Below are positions 1 to 8,599 of a stretch of 64,000 nt of DNA, in pieces (the stretch's first letter is position 1; the number at the start of each line of letters is the position of its first letter). The stretch covers positions 2,215-66,214 of the forward strand of contig CAKZUF010000003.1 of assembly GCA_937921685.1 (NCBI GenBank), in the 5' to 3' direction. Source of the stretch: an uncultured archaeon (GTDB lineage: Archaea; Thermoproteota; Nitrososphaeria_A; Caldarchaeales; Calditenuaceae). The position numbers were made by a program, and so were the translations under genes. The notes beneath the pieces were generated by a model, which saw only the letters and a list, made by a program, of their open reading frames with translations, had not been told where the DNA came from and made no database searches.

Positions 1-328
1 TATCTGTGATCTTGAGGCTGAAGACTGTAGGCGCGAGCAGTACTCCGATGGCGGTGTGTGGTATGGCGGTGGAGAACAGTATTAGGGGTGTTATGTAACT
101 GCCTGAGGGCCTGAATGCGAGGGCGAAACCAAGTATGAAGGATACAGGGAGTACTATGAGTGAGGATACTGTCGCGTACATCGCAGTGGATGCGACGACC
201 CAGAAGAAACTAGGAGAAGGTGTGGCGCCAAACACTATAACGGCTGGCAACGACAGTAATAGAAAATATGCGACAGAGACTACAGCTGCGAGGAGGAGTA
301 CTCTATCCACGGCCCCTCCACAGACCAT
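1..328 (-). CDS. ABC transporter permease, partial (runs off window edge); ModB/WtpB-like, likely molybdate/tungstate permease
   Basis: Reverse-complement translation from ATG at 326-328 gives a hydrophobic membrane protein (MVCGGAVDRVLLLAAVVSVAYFLLLSLPAVIVFG...LILFSTAIPHTAIGVLLAPTVFSLKITD) with no stop before position 1. It lies immediately downstream of, and overlaps the end of, the WtpA/ModA-like gene. It is not in the ORF track because it is truncated. Confidence 0.45.
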   Translation of the reverse strand, partial: MVCGGAVDRVLLLAAVVSVAYFLLLSLPAVIVFGATPSPSFFWVVASTAMYATVSSLIVLPVSFILGFALAFRPSGSYITPLILFSTAIPHTAIGVLLAPTVFSLKITD

Positions 329-1175
329 ATCTCTCTAAATCCATCTGCCCGATTTTATCGAGGAAGTTGTCTCCTGCAGTCGTGAATGAGGCGGCGAATG
401 CGCGGAAGGCTTTAACCTTGATGAAGCCAGATTCGGTGACTGCTACGAACTTTATTGGAGGGTCATGAAGAAATGTTATCTCGTCGGGCATCTCAATTAT
501 CTTGAATCGACCGGCATACCCCCTCGCAACTATGAAGGGTGAATGGGCGAAAATACAGTCAACCGCCCCACCCTCCAGCAACGCGGCCACGCCCGCTAAG
601 TCGTCCCGCGCCATGAATCGCCCGCTTGCCTCGAAGTCGCGGACAACGATCCAGACACTGTGGTCAGAAGAATTATGAATATACCTGACGTTGAGACTCC
701 GGCTCACCTCGTCAAGTCTGACCAATTCGTATTTAGTGCCGAGCCAATAAATTGCCGCTAAGGACCTGTAGCCTATGGGCGCGAAGTTGGGGTTGGCCAA
801 GCCTAGCTTGACGTGTCCAAGGTCGTTGAGCGAGTAGTCATCTCTACAGACTAAAAGAAGCCTGAAGTGTCCCAGATCCAAGACCCTGCGGGGCTGAATA
901 TACCTTAAGAGCTCCCAGTCCACGCTGAGGAAGACATCAGGCACACTGCCGGACTGAATCAGCCTAACCCCCATCACACTGCCTATCGACCGCACGTCAA
1001 CTATGTCTGAGTCATAGAGGCCCGCCGCACTCTTAGCCACACCAACTAGGGTAGGCGCCGTGAAGACGACAACACTCCCCCGACCGCCTAGCGGGTTTAA
1101 GAGAAGCGATGCTGTGACGGCCACGGCAACAATAGCCGCGGCCATTATTGACAGTAGCGTAAATTTACTCTTCAC
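303..1175 (-). CDS. Molybdate/tungstate ABC transporter substrate-binding protein (ModA/WtpA family)
   Basis: 290 aa. Has an N-terminal signal/TM (MKSKFTLLSIMAAAIVAVAVTASLL) and periplasmic-binding-protein family-1 character. Flanked by a permease downstream and a ModE-like Mop-domain regulator divergently. Confidence 0.55.
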   Translation of the reverse strand: MKSKFTLLSIMAAAIVAVAVTASLLLNPLGGRGSVVVFTAPTLVGVAKSAAGLYDSDIVDVRSIGSVMGVRLIQSGSVPDVFLSVDWELLRYIQPRRVLDLGHFRLLLVCRDDYSLNDLGHVKLGLANPNFAPIGYRSLAAIYWLGTKYELVRLDEVSRSLNVRYIHNSSDHSVWIVVRDFEASGRFMARDDLAGVAALLEGGAVDCIFAHSPFIVARGYAGRFKIIEMPDEITFLHDPPIKFVAVTESGFIKVKAFRAFAASFTTAGDNFLDKIGQMDLERYGLWRGRG

Positions 1176-1232
1176 CAGGCTTACTACCCTTATAAACTAT
1201 TTAAATATACGTAGCATATTACTCAACGATAC
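1176..1232. promoter_or_regulatory. Divergent AT-rich promoter region between the wtpA-like and modE-like genes (TATA-like cttataaacta / tttaaatatac; short palindrome aatat-N7-atatt)
   Basis: 57-bp AT-rich intergenic spacer with two TATA-like boxes facing opposite genes. Seen directly in sequence. Confidence 0.3.
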
Positions 1233-1796
1233 ATGTCGGTCGCCGAAGTGCGTGAAGGGAAGGTGGTTTTAAAGCTTGACGGGGACAGATACCTGGGCGT
1301 TGGGCTAGCCTACTTTGAGCTACTCGATAGTATTAGGAGGTATGGGAGTCTGAGCAAGGCATGTCGTGAGGTAGGGGTTACTCTCAAGACCGGCTCTAAG
1401 TGGATTCGCTTTCTTGAGTCTCGGCTCGGAGTTAAACTCGTGGAGGTTAGGAGAGGTGGCAGGGGTGGTGGAGGAAGCGTATTAACTGAGCGTGCTTTCA
1501 GGTTGCTTGAGAGCTATTACTCCGCTAGGACCGTTACTAGGCCTGGCTTCATAACCACCTTCATAGAAAGCTTATTGAGTGCGCGGAACATCTTGAGATG
1601 TCGGGTCAAGTCTGTTCAGAAAGCCGAGATATTAAGCATGGTTGAGATGGAGCTGGAGCCGGGCCAGCCTTTGAGAGCAATCGTTACGACACAGAGTGTT
1701 GATAGACTGAACATCCACGAAGGCGGAGAAGTCCTAGCAATAGTTAAGGCGACTGAGGTCTTGATCGCATCGAAAGACCTTATACGCCTCAGATAG
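1233..1796 (+). CDS. ModE-like molybdate-responsive transcriptional regulator (N-terminal HTH plus C-terminal Mop/TOBE domain)
   Basis: 187 aa. The N-terminal part resembles the ModE/LysR-type HTH (GSLSKACREVGVTLKTGSKWIRFLESRLG). The C-terminal part resembles a TOBE/Mop molybdate-binding domain (ARNILRCRVKSV...VTTQSVDRLNIHEGGEVLAIVKATEVLI). Confidence 0.55.
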   Translation: MSVAEVREGKVVLKLDGDRYLGVGLAYFELLDSIRRYGSLSKACREVGVTLKTGSKWIRFLESRLGVKLVEVRRGGRGGGGSVLTERAFRLLESYYSARTVTRPGFITTFIESLLSARNILRCRVKSVQKAEILSMVEMELEPGQPLRAIVTTQSVDRLNIHEGGEVLAIVKATEVLIASKDLIRLR

Positions 1797-1801
1797 TCTT
1801 T

Positions 1802-3574
1802 TCACGCAGGCACTTCTGCCTTTAACCCCTCAATCTCCGATCTTATCTCGGCCTCCAGCTCGTCGAACTTCTCAAGCTCCTCGTTCCTTATCATGTATTT
1901 AGCCCTCAGCATCTTTGTAATTACCTTGAGTGCTCTTATGTCTTCGATCTTCACCCCCCTGCCTATGGCTGCGAGTGCTTGCTCATAGAAGTTGACAAAC
2001 ATCTTGAGCATCTTAAACTGTTTCTGCGGGTTACAGTAGGAGTCTACTTCATCGTAGGCGCTCTGCTGCAGGAATCCTTCCCTGATCATCCTCGCAACGT
2101 CAAGGATTAGGTTCTCTTCATCCGCGAGTGCTTCAGGGCCCAGTAGCCTCACAAGCTCTAGCAGCTCCTCCTCTCTCCTCAGGATGCTGTATAGCTTGGC
2201 CCTTGTGTCATACCAGTCTCCGCCTATCTTGCTCCACCACTCCGCAACTGTGTCAACGTATGCAGAGTAGCTCATTATCCAGTTTATGGCCGGATAGTGC
2301 CTAGTATATGCTAGGTTGGGGTCGAGCGCCCAAAAGACCCTAACAAACCTGAGCGTATGTGTAGTGACTGGCTCTGTAAAGTCTCCGCCAGGCGGTGAGA
2401 CAGCCCCAACGATGGTGAGGCTTCCAACCCTACTCGGCTCTCCGAGGACCTCAACCCGCCCAGCCCGCTCATAGAACTCCGCAAGCCTACTTGCAAGATA
2501 GCTGGGATACCCCTCCTCGGCAGGCATCTCCTCTAACCGCCCGCTAATCTCCCTCAGAGCCTCGGCCCACCTACTCGTCGAGTCGGCCACAAGCAAAACA
2601 TCATACCCCATGTCCCTATAATACTCTGCTAAGGCTGCACCGGTGTAGATGCTGGCCTCCCTAGCCGAGACGGGCATATTACTAGTGTTAGCTATCAGTA
2701 CAGTCCTCTCCATGAGTGGTCTGCCGGTATGAGGGTCTGTCAAGTGTGGAAACTCCTTGAGGACCTCAGCCTCCTCATTCCCCCGCTCACCGCACCCTAT
2801 GTGGAGTATAACCTTTGCATCACTCCACTTAGCCAGCTGGTGCAGCGTGACAGTTTTCCCAGTTCCAAAGGCTCCAGGTATACAGCCAGTCCCACCCTTA
2901 GCCATTGGGAAGAGAATATCTAGGACGCGCTGACCAGTTACTAGAGGGACGACAGGGTCAAGCCTCCTCTTTATTGGGCGGGGTGTCCTCACGGGCCACC
3001 TATGCATCATTGAAACAGATATTTTGCCGTCCTTGCCCTCCATCTCGGCTACAGTCTCCTGAACCGTATACTCTCCCTCCGGCGCCACGTACCTTATTGT
3101 GCCCGGCTTAACGTCCGGCGGAATCATAACGTACGTCTTGATTAGGGGTGTCTCCTCAACCTCACCTATCACGGTTCCAGGCTCCGCCTGAGCCCCTGCT
3201 TTGATTAGTGGCTTAAACCGCCACTTCTTATCTAGCGGAATGCTCGGGACCGCTACACCCCTCTTTACAAAGGCTCCGACCTCTAGAGCTATCCTGTCAA
3301 GCGGCCTCTGAACACCATCGTAGATGCTACCTATTACGCCTGGGCCGAGGGTGACGGAGAGTGGGCCGCCCGTGCCTATTACTGGTTCCTCAGGCGCTAG
3401 TCCCGAAGTATTCTCATACACCTGCACATAGGCATTGTCCCCGCTGAGTCTGATGACCTCGCCGACAAGTTTTTCCTCACCAACATAAACCATCTCATAC
3501 ATCTTAGCGCCCGTCATTCCTCCAGCCTTAACCGTCGGACCGGCTATCCAGAGTATCTTCCCCCGAACAGGCAT
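1802..3574 (-). CDS. atpA: A1AO (V-type) ATP synthase catalytic subunit A
   Basis: 590 aa. Walker A GAFGTGKT. Shows the conserved V/A-ATPase A-subunit signature regions and is the length expected for the A subunit with its non-homologous insert. Confidence 0.9.
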   Translation of the reverse strand: MPVRGKILWIAGPTVKAGGMTGAKMYEMVYVGEEKLVGEVIRLSGDNAYVQVYENTSGLAPEEPVIGTGGPLSVTLGPGVIGSIYDGVQRPLDRIALEVGAFVKRGVAVPSIPLDKKWRFKPLIKAGAQAEPGTVIGEVEETPLIKTYVMIPPDVKPGTIRYVAPEGEYTVQETVAEMEGKDGKISVSMMHRWPVRTPRPIKRRLDPVVPLVTGQRVLDILFPMAKGGTGCIPGAFGTGKTVTLHQLAKWSDAKVILHIGCGERGNEEAEVLKEFPHLTDPHTGRPLMERTVLIANTSNMPVSAREASIYTGAALAEYYRDMGYDVLLVADSTSRWAEALREISGRLEEMPAEEGYPSYLASRLAEFYERAGRVEVLGEPSRVGSLTIVGAVSPPGGDFTEPVTTHTLRFVRVFWALDPNLAYTRHYPAINWIMSYSAYVDTVAEWWSKIGGDWYDTRAKLYSILRREEELLELVRLLGPEALADEENLILDVARMIREGFLQQSAYDEVDSYCNPQKQFKMLKMFVNFYEQALAAIGRGVKIEDIRALKVITKMLRAKYMIRNEELEKFDELEAEIRSEIEGLKAEVPA

Positions 3575-3620
3575 AACTAATGGTCACAGCAACCATCCAG
3601 CTAAAAAACTTTGACTATTT

Positions 3621-4229
3621 TTAGGAAGAGAGGAGCCGCTTGATTATCGCCCTACGTATCTCTCCACGCATCCTCTCAAGCCTAGCCTCGACTGTATTGT
3701 CATAAATCATAGACCCATCACTTCTAATTACCCTAACCCCGCCCACACAGTCTAGCGGGCTCTCCGATAACCTAATCTTTATGCCCAGCTCTTTTCCCAG
3801 CTCTCCCGCAAGCTCCCGCACCTGCCGCTGATCCTCTCTCGAACACTCAACCACAACCTCATCACCCCCCACAAACTCCAAGGCCTCCCTCAGAAGGAGG
3901 ATGAGGGCTTGGCGATACTCCCCGCTCCTCTTTAGAGAGGGTATGCTGTCTAAGGCCTCCTTAATGATCGTATCGACACACTTCTCAACCGACTCTAAGT
4001 ATTCGCGCCTAGCCTCTAGCATAGCCTGGCTGACAAGCCTCATCCTCAAGGCAGTAGACTCTCTCTGAATAGCTTGTGAAGCAGCTGCAGCTTGTCTGCC
4101 AAGCTCGTCAGCGCCCTCCCTAAGTCGCCTCAAACCCTCCTCTTCAATCTCCCTGATCTTCACCCTGAACTCTGCTAGCGCGTCCTCAACAACACTCCTC
4201 AAAACATCCTCAAGCTTCATCGGAGGCAT
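3621..4229 (-). CDS. atpE: A1AO ATP synthase subunit E
   Basis: 202 aa, charged alpha-helical protein. Position is immediately upstream of atpA on the same strand, and composition fits subunit E. Confidence 0.6.
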   Translation of the reverse strand: MPPMKLEDVLRSVVEDALAEFRVKIREIEEEGLRRLREGADELGRQAAAASQAIQRESTALRMRLVSQAMLEARREYLESVEKCVDTIIKEALDSIPSLKRSGEYRQALILLLREALEFVGGDEVVVECSREDQRQVRELAGELGKELGIKIRLSESPLDCVGGVRVIRSDGSMIYDNTVEARLERMRGEIRRAIIKRLLSS

Positions 4230-4256
4230 AGCCCATCAACCGCTTAGCCAGCCATG

Positions 4257-4553
4257 TTAAATACCTAGTATCCTCCTAAGCATTGCCCTGTAATCCACTT
4301 CAGAGGGCTTTTCACCCGGTCTCGGGAGTAGATAGACCACGGGTTTGGGGAGAGTGGAGCTGAGCTGTCCGACCCTGCTGGCAAACTCGGGACCAAACTC
4401 GTCACTCACAAGAATCAGACCGATATCAGGGTCCCTGGAAAGCTCCTGAATGACCCTTAGAGCCTCACGCCCATCCTCCACAACCACGCCCCCCATCCCC
4501 GCGATCCGGAACGAAGCGACGAAAAGCTTACCACCCACAGCCACGGCCCTCAT
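4257..4553 (-). CDS. atpF: A1AO ATP synthase subunit F
   Basis: About 98 aa from the internal Met (MRAVAVGGKLFVASFRIAGMGGVVVED...ILVSDEF). Typical V/A-type subunit F fold and size, located upstream of atpE. Confidence 0.55.
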   Translation of the reverse strand: MRAVAVGGKLFVASFRIAGMGGVVVEDGREALRVIQELSRDPDIGLILVSDEFGPEFASRVGQLSSTLPKPVVYLLPRPGEKPSEVDYRAMLRRILGI

Positions 4554-4575
4554 CCAATCACCCACACACGCATCC

Positions 4576-4590
4576 ACACTTTATATTTTC
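4576..4590 (+). promoter_or_regulatory. Archaeal TATA box (ctttatatttt) about 25-35 nt upstream of tRNA-Ala
   Basis: The AT-rich box spacing relative to the mature tRNA 5' end fits archaeal promoter geometry. Confidence 0.3.
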
Positions 4591-4611
4591 CTCGAGCCAA
4601 GCTTGACTATG

Positions 4612-4683
4612 GGGCCGGTAGATCAGCGGTAGATCACCCGGTTTGCGCCCGGGAGGCCGCGGGTTCGAATCCCGCCCGGTCCA
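4612..4683 (+). tRNA. tRNA-Ala (anticodon TGC), no intron
   Basis: Hand-folded cloverleaf. Acceptor GGGCCGG/CCGGTCC with the G3:U70 alanine identity pair. D-stem GATC/GATC. Anticodon stem CCCGG/CCGGG with loop TTTGCGC (anticodon TGC). T-arm GCGGG-TTCGAAT-CCCGC. Discriminator A. CCA is not encoded. Confidence 0.85.
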
Positions 4684-4862
4684 CTTCTTCGAAAATCGTG
4701 GTCGTCGCCAATTGGGTAAGGGGGATTTATGAATCGCTCTCGGAGAGCCTTTCAGTGGCATAGATTGTGTGCTTGCTCGGGTTATTCAAAGCTCTATCCA
4801 TGATAGGTTATCAGAATGCTTAAATGTTAGATATTTTTTAGAGATGCGAGGCGTTTGATGAT

Positions 4863-5714
4863 ATGAGTCTAATCGCGAGCGGCTATCTTACCCCTACCAA
4901 TGTGCAAGAGGCTGTGTCGCTTAAGAGAAAGCTAAGGGATAAGGCACTAGTCGTGGCTGGCGGAACAGCCGCCGTACAGCTGATCAGCAAAATGATAATC
5001 GAGCCTCAAGCTATAATATCGCTTGAAAAAGTCCCGCTCGACTATGTGAAAATACGGTCGAATAGTGTTGAGATAGGCGCAACAACTTCTATCGCGAAGC
5101 TGATTCAGAGTAGAGGTCTTCCGAATGCGTTGAAGAAAGCTGCAGAAAGTATACATGGACTTGCGCTCAAAGATATGGCCACTGTTGGCGGCAACATCTT
5201 CACACCAGCGCCCGCAGGAGACTTAGCAACAGCTCTCCTCTCCCTAGATGCGGTACTCATTCTAAGAGGGGGTAGGGGCATGAGAAGTGTGCCGCTATCT
5301 AACTTCTACAGAGGCCCGCTACAATTCAACATCAAACCAGACGAGATACTGACAGCAGTCAAGATTAGCAGGCCGCCAAAGCTTTCCGCCTTCCTAAAGC
5401 AGACCCCTTGGAAGTATAGTGGCCCAACAATCGCCTCTGTCTCCGCTAGCTTAGATTTGGACAGAAATGGTAGAACTCGCAGAGCTATGGTGGCATTAGG
5501 AGGCCTGACTACACACCCATACCGCGCTAAGAAGGTGGAAAAAATGATTACAGGTAAAAAACTATCCGAGCAACTTATCGACGGAGCGGCCCAGCAGTTA
5601 ACAGATGGTGTGGAGGTTATCGACGATGCTCTGGCATCTTCATGGTATCGGAGAGAGCTCGCACAGGTTCTTTTCAAAAGGATTTTATATAACTTCATCT
5701 CTGGGGGTGATTGA
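4863..5714 (+). CDS. Molybdenum hydroxylase (CO dehydrogenase/xanthine dehydrogenase family) FAD-binding medium subunit, CoxM-like
   Basis: 283 aa. FAD-binding PCMH-type domain (ALVVAGGTAAVQL...). Immediately followed by the 2Fe-2S and Mo-binding subunit genes. Confidence 0.7.
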   Translation: MSLIASGYLTPTNVQEAVSLKRKLRDKALVVAGGTAAVQLISKMIIEPQAIISLEKVPLDYVKIRSNSVEIGATTSIAKLIQSRGLPNALKKAAESIHGLALKDMATVGGNIFTPAPAGDLATALLSLDAVLILRGGRGMRSVPLSNFYRGPLQFNIKPDEILTAVKISRPPKLSAFLKQTPWKYSGPTIASVSASLDLDRNGRTRRAMVALGGLTTHPYRAKKVEKMITGKKLSEQLIDGAAQQLTDGVEVIDDALASSWYRRELAQVLFKRILYNFISGGD

Positions 5715-5715
5715 A

Positions 5716-6171
5716 TTGAGAATAAGATTCAAACTGGATGGTCAAGACGTCGAGGTTGACGTAAAGCACACAGACACCCTCCTGAAAGTGTTGAAGGACA
5801 GGATAGGTGTGGGTTCTGTGCATTTTGGATGTGGAGAGGGGTCGTGCGGCGCGTGTATGGTCTTGATCAACGGGAGGCTCAGGTATTCATGCTTAACCCT
5901 CGCAGGATATGTTGACGGAAAGGAGGTCACAACTGTCGCTGCCTTAGCACGCGACGGTGAATTGACTGAAATACAGAGAGCATTTCTCGAGAACGACGCG
6001 GCGCAGTGTGGATACTGCACTCCCGGAATGATCTTGACCGCCAAGGTCCTTCTTGAAAAGAACCCTTCACCCTCTGATGAGGAGTTGTTTGATGCATTGG
6101 CAGGCAACCTCTGCAGATGTACTGGCTATATTCCGATCATAAACGCTATCAAGTCTGTATCTAGGAGGTGA
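5716..6171 (+). CDS. Molybdenum hydroxylase [2Fe-2S] small subunit, CoxS-like
   Basis: Two cluster motifs: CGEGSCGACMV (plant-type) and CGYCTPGM...CRCTGY. A TTG start at 5716 is preceded by SD-like GGGGGTGA (5703-5710). An alternative GTG start is at 5707. Confidence 0.8.
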   Translation: MRIRFKLDGQDVEVDVKHTDTLLKVLKDRIGVGSVHFGCGEGSCGACMVLINGRLRYSCLTLAGYVDGKEVTTVAALARDGELTEIQRAFLENDAAQCGYCTPGMILTAKVLLEKNPSPSDEELFDALAGNLCRCTGYIPIINAIKSVSRR

Positions 6172-7538
6172 GAGGGGTCGTGTCGGATCAGTTCTCGGTT
6201 GTAGGTGCGCCTATCAAGAATGTCCAGCTGTTAGGCCACGTCACCGGCTCCACCCAGTATGTTGATGAGATATCTTTTCCGGGTATGCTTTGGGTAAAGG
6301 CTGTTCGCAGCCCGGTGGCACGCGGTAAGATCAAGAAGATTGATACTTCGAAGGCTGAAAAGCTTCCTGGTGTCGTGAGGATTATTACTGCCAAAGACGT
6401 GCCTAACAACATACACGTCAACATGGCTGTCATTGGTATAGGGCCGCCAGATGAGCCTGTTCTTCCCGAGGATGAGGTTAAGTATAAGGGAGAGGCAATA
6501 TGCCTCGTAGTAGCTAAAGACGAGGATACTGCCGCTAAAGGAGCTCAGTTGGTAGAAGTTGAGATTGAGGAGCTACCCCCAGTTCTCGACATGGAGGAGG
6601 CCCTGAAGCCTAGTGCGCCAGTCATTACTAAGTGGGGCATAAACGCGTTCATCTACGGTTCGGGAATGGATGGGGCTACTATGCCCGGTCGGCCTGGTAG
6701 GCCCTTCTTCTTGGTGAAGAGGGGAGATGTTGAGGCGGCGTTTAAAAAGGCGGACTACGTGGTCGAGGGCAGCTATCTAATCCCGCCAATAGAGCATGCA
6801 CCGATTGAGCCTCATGTATGCGTGGCTAAGCCTGAGCCGGGACAGCGACTCACAATATACACCACAACCCAGGCGCCATATTTTGTGAGGGACAATGTCG
6901 CTTCGATCCTCAAGATTCCACCTTCCAACATAAGGGTTGTCGCTCCGGCGGTGGGTGGAGGGTTCGGAGGCAAGGTGGACCCAGAATTTGAGATGCAGGT
7001 CGCTGTTGCTGCAATGTGTGTTGGGAGACCCGTTAAATGGAGATGGACTAGGGAGGAGGAGTTCACGATATCAACTACGCGTCCCGCCATAAAGATAGAG
7101 ATTCAGGACGCCCTGTCTAGCAGCGGCTTGATACTGGGGAGAAGGGCGAGACTCCTCCACGACTCAGGCGCATACACTAGAACATCTCCATACGGGGTCA
7201 TAAAATCGACTGTTAACCTCTCAGGACCATACCACATCCCCAACGTGTATTACGAGGGGTACTGTGTATACACTAATAGACAGCCCTCAAGCGCTATGAG
7301 AGGGTATGGAGTCTTCGAGGTCTCTTACGCCGTTGAGTTACAGATGGAGAGAGATGCTAGGAAACTGGGGATTGATTCTTGGGAGTTCAGGTTTAAGAAC
7401 GCCTACAGGAATGGACAAGTCACGGCTACTGGTAGGCTGATAGACGATGCGTATCTTATCGAGGTCATGAAGGTGGCGGCAGCGCTCTCAGGGGTAAGTC
7501 TGCCTCATCACTTGCTTCAGATGAGCTCATGGGGGTGA
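6168..7538 (+). CDS. Molybdenum hydroxylase large (molybdopterin-binding) subunit, N-terminal portion (CoxL/XdhA-like part 1)
   Basis: 456 aa with an aldehyde oxidase/xanthine dehydrogenase a/b hammerhead and the first MoCo-binding domain. The start is GTG at 6168 (overlapping the coxS stop) or GTG at 6180, after SD GGAGGTGA. The ORF ends at an in-frame TGA (7536-7538). Confidence 0.75.
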   Translation: MRGVVSDQFSVVGAPIKNVQLLGHVTGSTQYVDEISFPGMLWVKAVRSPVARGKIKKIDTSKAEKLPGVVRIITAKDVPNNIHVNMAVIGIGPPDEPVLPEDEVKYKGEAICLVVAKDEDTAAKGAQLVEVEIEELPPVLDMEEALKPSAPVITKWGINAFIYGSGMDGATMPGRPGRPFFLVKRGDVEAAFKKADYVVEGSYLIPPIEHAPIEPHVCVAKPEPGQRLTIYTTTQAPYFVRDNVASILKIPPSNIRVVAPAVGGGFGGKVDPEFEMQVAVAAMCVGRPVKWRWTREEEFTISTTRPAIKIEIQDALSSSGLILGRRARLLHDSGAYTRTSPYGVIKSTVNLSGPYHIPNVYYEGYCVYTNRQPSSAMRGYGVFEVSYAVELQMERDARKLGIDSWEFRFKNAYRNGQVTATGRLIDDAYLIEVMKVAAALSGVSLPHHLLQMSSWG

Positions 7539-7544
7539 AGAGGG

Positions 7545-8564
7545 TTGGCGAAGCTTAGGGGTCGGGGCATTGCCGCAATATGCTATCCAACAGGCATGAA
7601 TCTTGGTGGAGATCCTAGCCAGACAGTCATAGTAGCCCGGCCTGATGGAACGTTCGTGGTAAATGTGGCGAGCGTTGAGCTGGGTCAAGGTTTGAGGACT
7701 GTGCTATCCCAGATCGCGGCTGAAGCCATCGGCGCCTCGGTTGAAGACGTCGAGGTTAGATTTGGAGACACACAATTGGCACCCCATGATACGGGCACAT
7801 TTGCCAGTAGAACAACGCACAGGATGGGGAACGCGATTGTAAAGGCTGGACAGGAAATAAGGCAGATACTGCTGGATATAGCGTCTAAGATACTGGAGGT
7901 CTCTCCACAAGACTTAGAGATTAAGAATGGGAAGATATGGGTTAAGGGGGTGCCGGATAAGTCTATAACCGTTAGAGAGGTTGCTAGCCAAGCCCAGTTC
8001 GTCTATAACACTCCAGTCGTAGGTAAAGGCCATTATGTCAAGCCTAAAAGCATTGTAGACCCAGACACTGGAGAGTCTGACCCTCACTCGACGATGGCTC
8101 ATGGCTGTGTGGTGGCAGACGTAGAAGTCGACACTGAGACCGGGCAAGTGACTGTTCTACAACTGTTTACCGTCTACGAAGTTGGCAGAGCTATTAATCC
8201 AAAACTTGTCGAGGGCCAGATAATCGGTGGCGCGGTTATGGGTCTAGGCGCGGCCTTGAGAGAGACAGTCTATCCCCGCTACCCTCAGATAACACATCAA
8301 ACTAAGAGCTTTCGCGAATATGTCTTACCCACAGCAGGCGATATACCAAAGATTATCTACAAGATAGTAGAATCCCCAACTCCGACGGGCCCATATGGTG
8401 CTAAGGGCGTCGGCGAGATGGTGGCAAACGGCATAGCCCCAGCGATAGTTAATGCGGTCTACGATGCCATTGGCGTACAGATAACCGAGCTACCCATAAC
8501 ACCTGAAAAAGTATTAAAGGCCATAAGGGAGAAGAGTCAATCTGTTAACGAACATCGAGTATAA
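7545..8564 (+). CDS. Molybdenum hydroxylase large subunit, C-terminal portion (part 2; MoCo-binding domain 2)
   Basis: 339 aa. Same reading frame as part 1, separated only by TGA plus 2 codons. TTG start at 7545 is preceded by GGGGGTGA (7531-7538) with a 6-nt spacer. Combined length is 795 aa, typical of CoxL/XdhA. Confidence 0.75.
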   Translation: MAKLRGRGIAAICYPTGMNLGGDPSQTVIVARPDGTFVVNVASVELGQGLRTVLSQIAAEAIGASVEDVEVRFGDTQLAPHDTGTFASRTTHRMGNAIVKAGQEIRQILLDIASKILEVSPQDLEIKNGKIWVKGVPDKSITVREVASQAQFVYNTPVVGKGHYVKPKSIVDPDTGESDPHSTMAHGCVVADVEVDTETGQVTVLQLFTVYEVGRAINPKLVEGQIIGGAVMGLGAALRETVYPRYPQITHQTKSFREYVLPTAGDIPKIIYKIVESPTPTGPYGAKGVGEMVANGIAPAIVNAVYDAIGVQITELPITPEKVLKAIREKSQSVNEHRV

Positions 8565-8599
8565 CGCTTATATATCATCTCGATGTCTTTCAACTCGCC

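Noticed and set aside
2311-2496. Short ORFs antisense to or embedded in atpA (2311..2496, 2729..2923, 2905..3111)
   Set aside because: They lie inside a strongly supported conserved gene, have Ser/Leu/Arg/Pro-rich composition and no motifs. This is the typical high-GC alternative-frame artefact.
4558-4761. 67-aa minus-strand ORF overlapping tRNA-Ala
   Set aside because: It overlaps a well-folded tRNA gene and has Pro/Arg-rich low-complexity composition. It is a spurious reading of the GC-rich tRNA region.
7536-7538. In-frame TGA inside the Mo-hydroxylase large subunit as a selenocysteine codon
   Set aside because: Selenocysteine machinery is not known in Crenarchaeota. Selenium in Mo hydroxylases is a labile cofactor ligand, not Sec. 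An SD-like GGGGGTGA plus a TTG start immediately follows the stop. A split into two cistrons, or a mutation, is more parsimonious.
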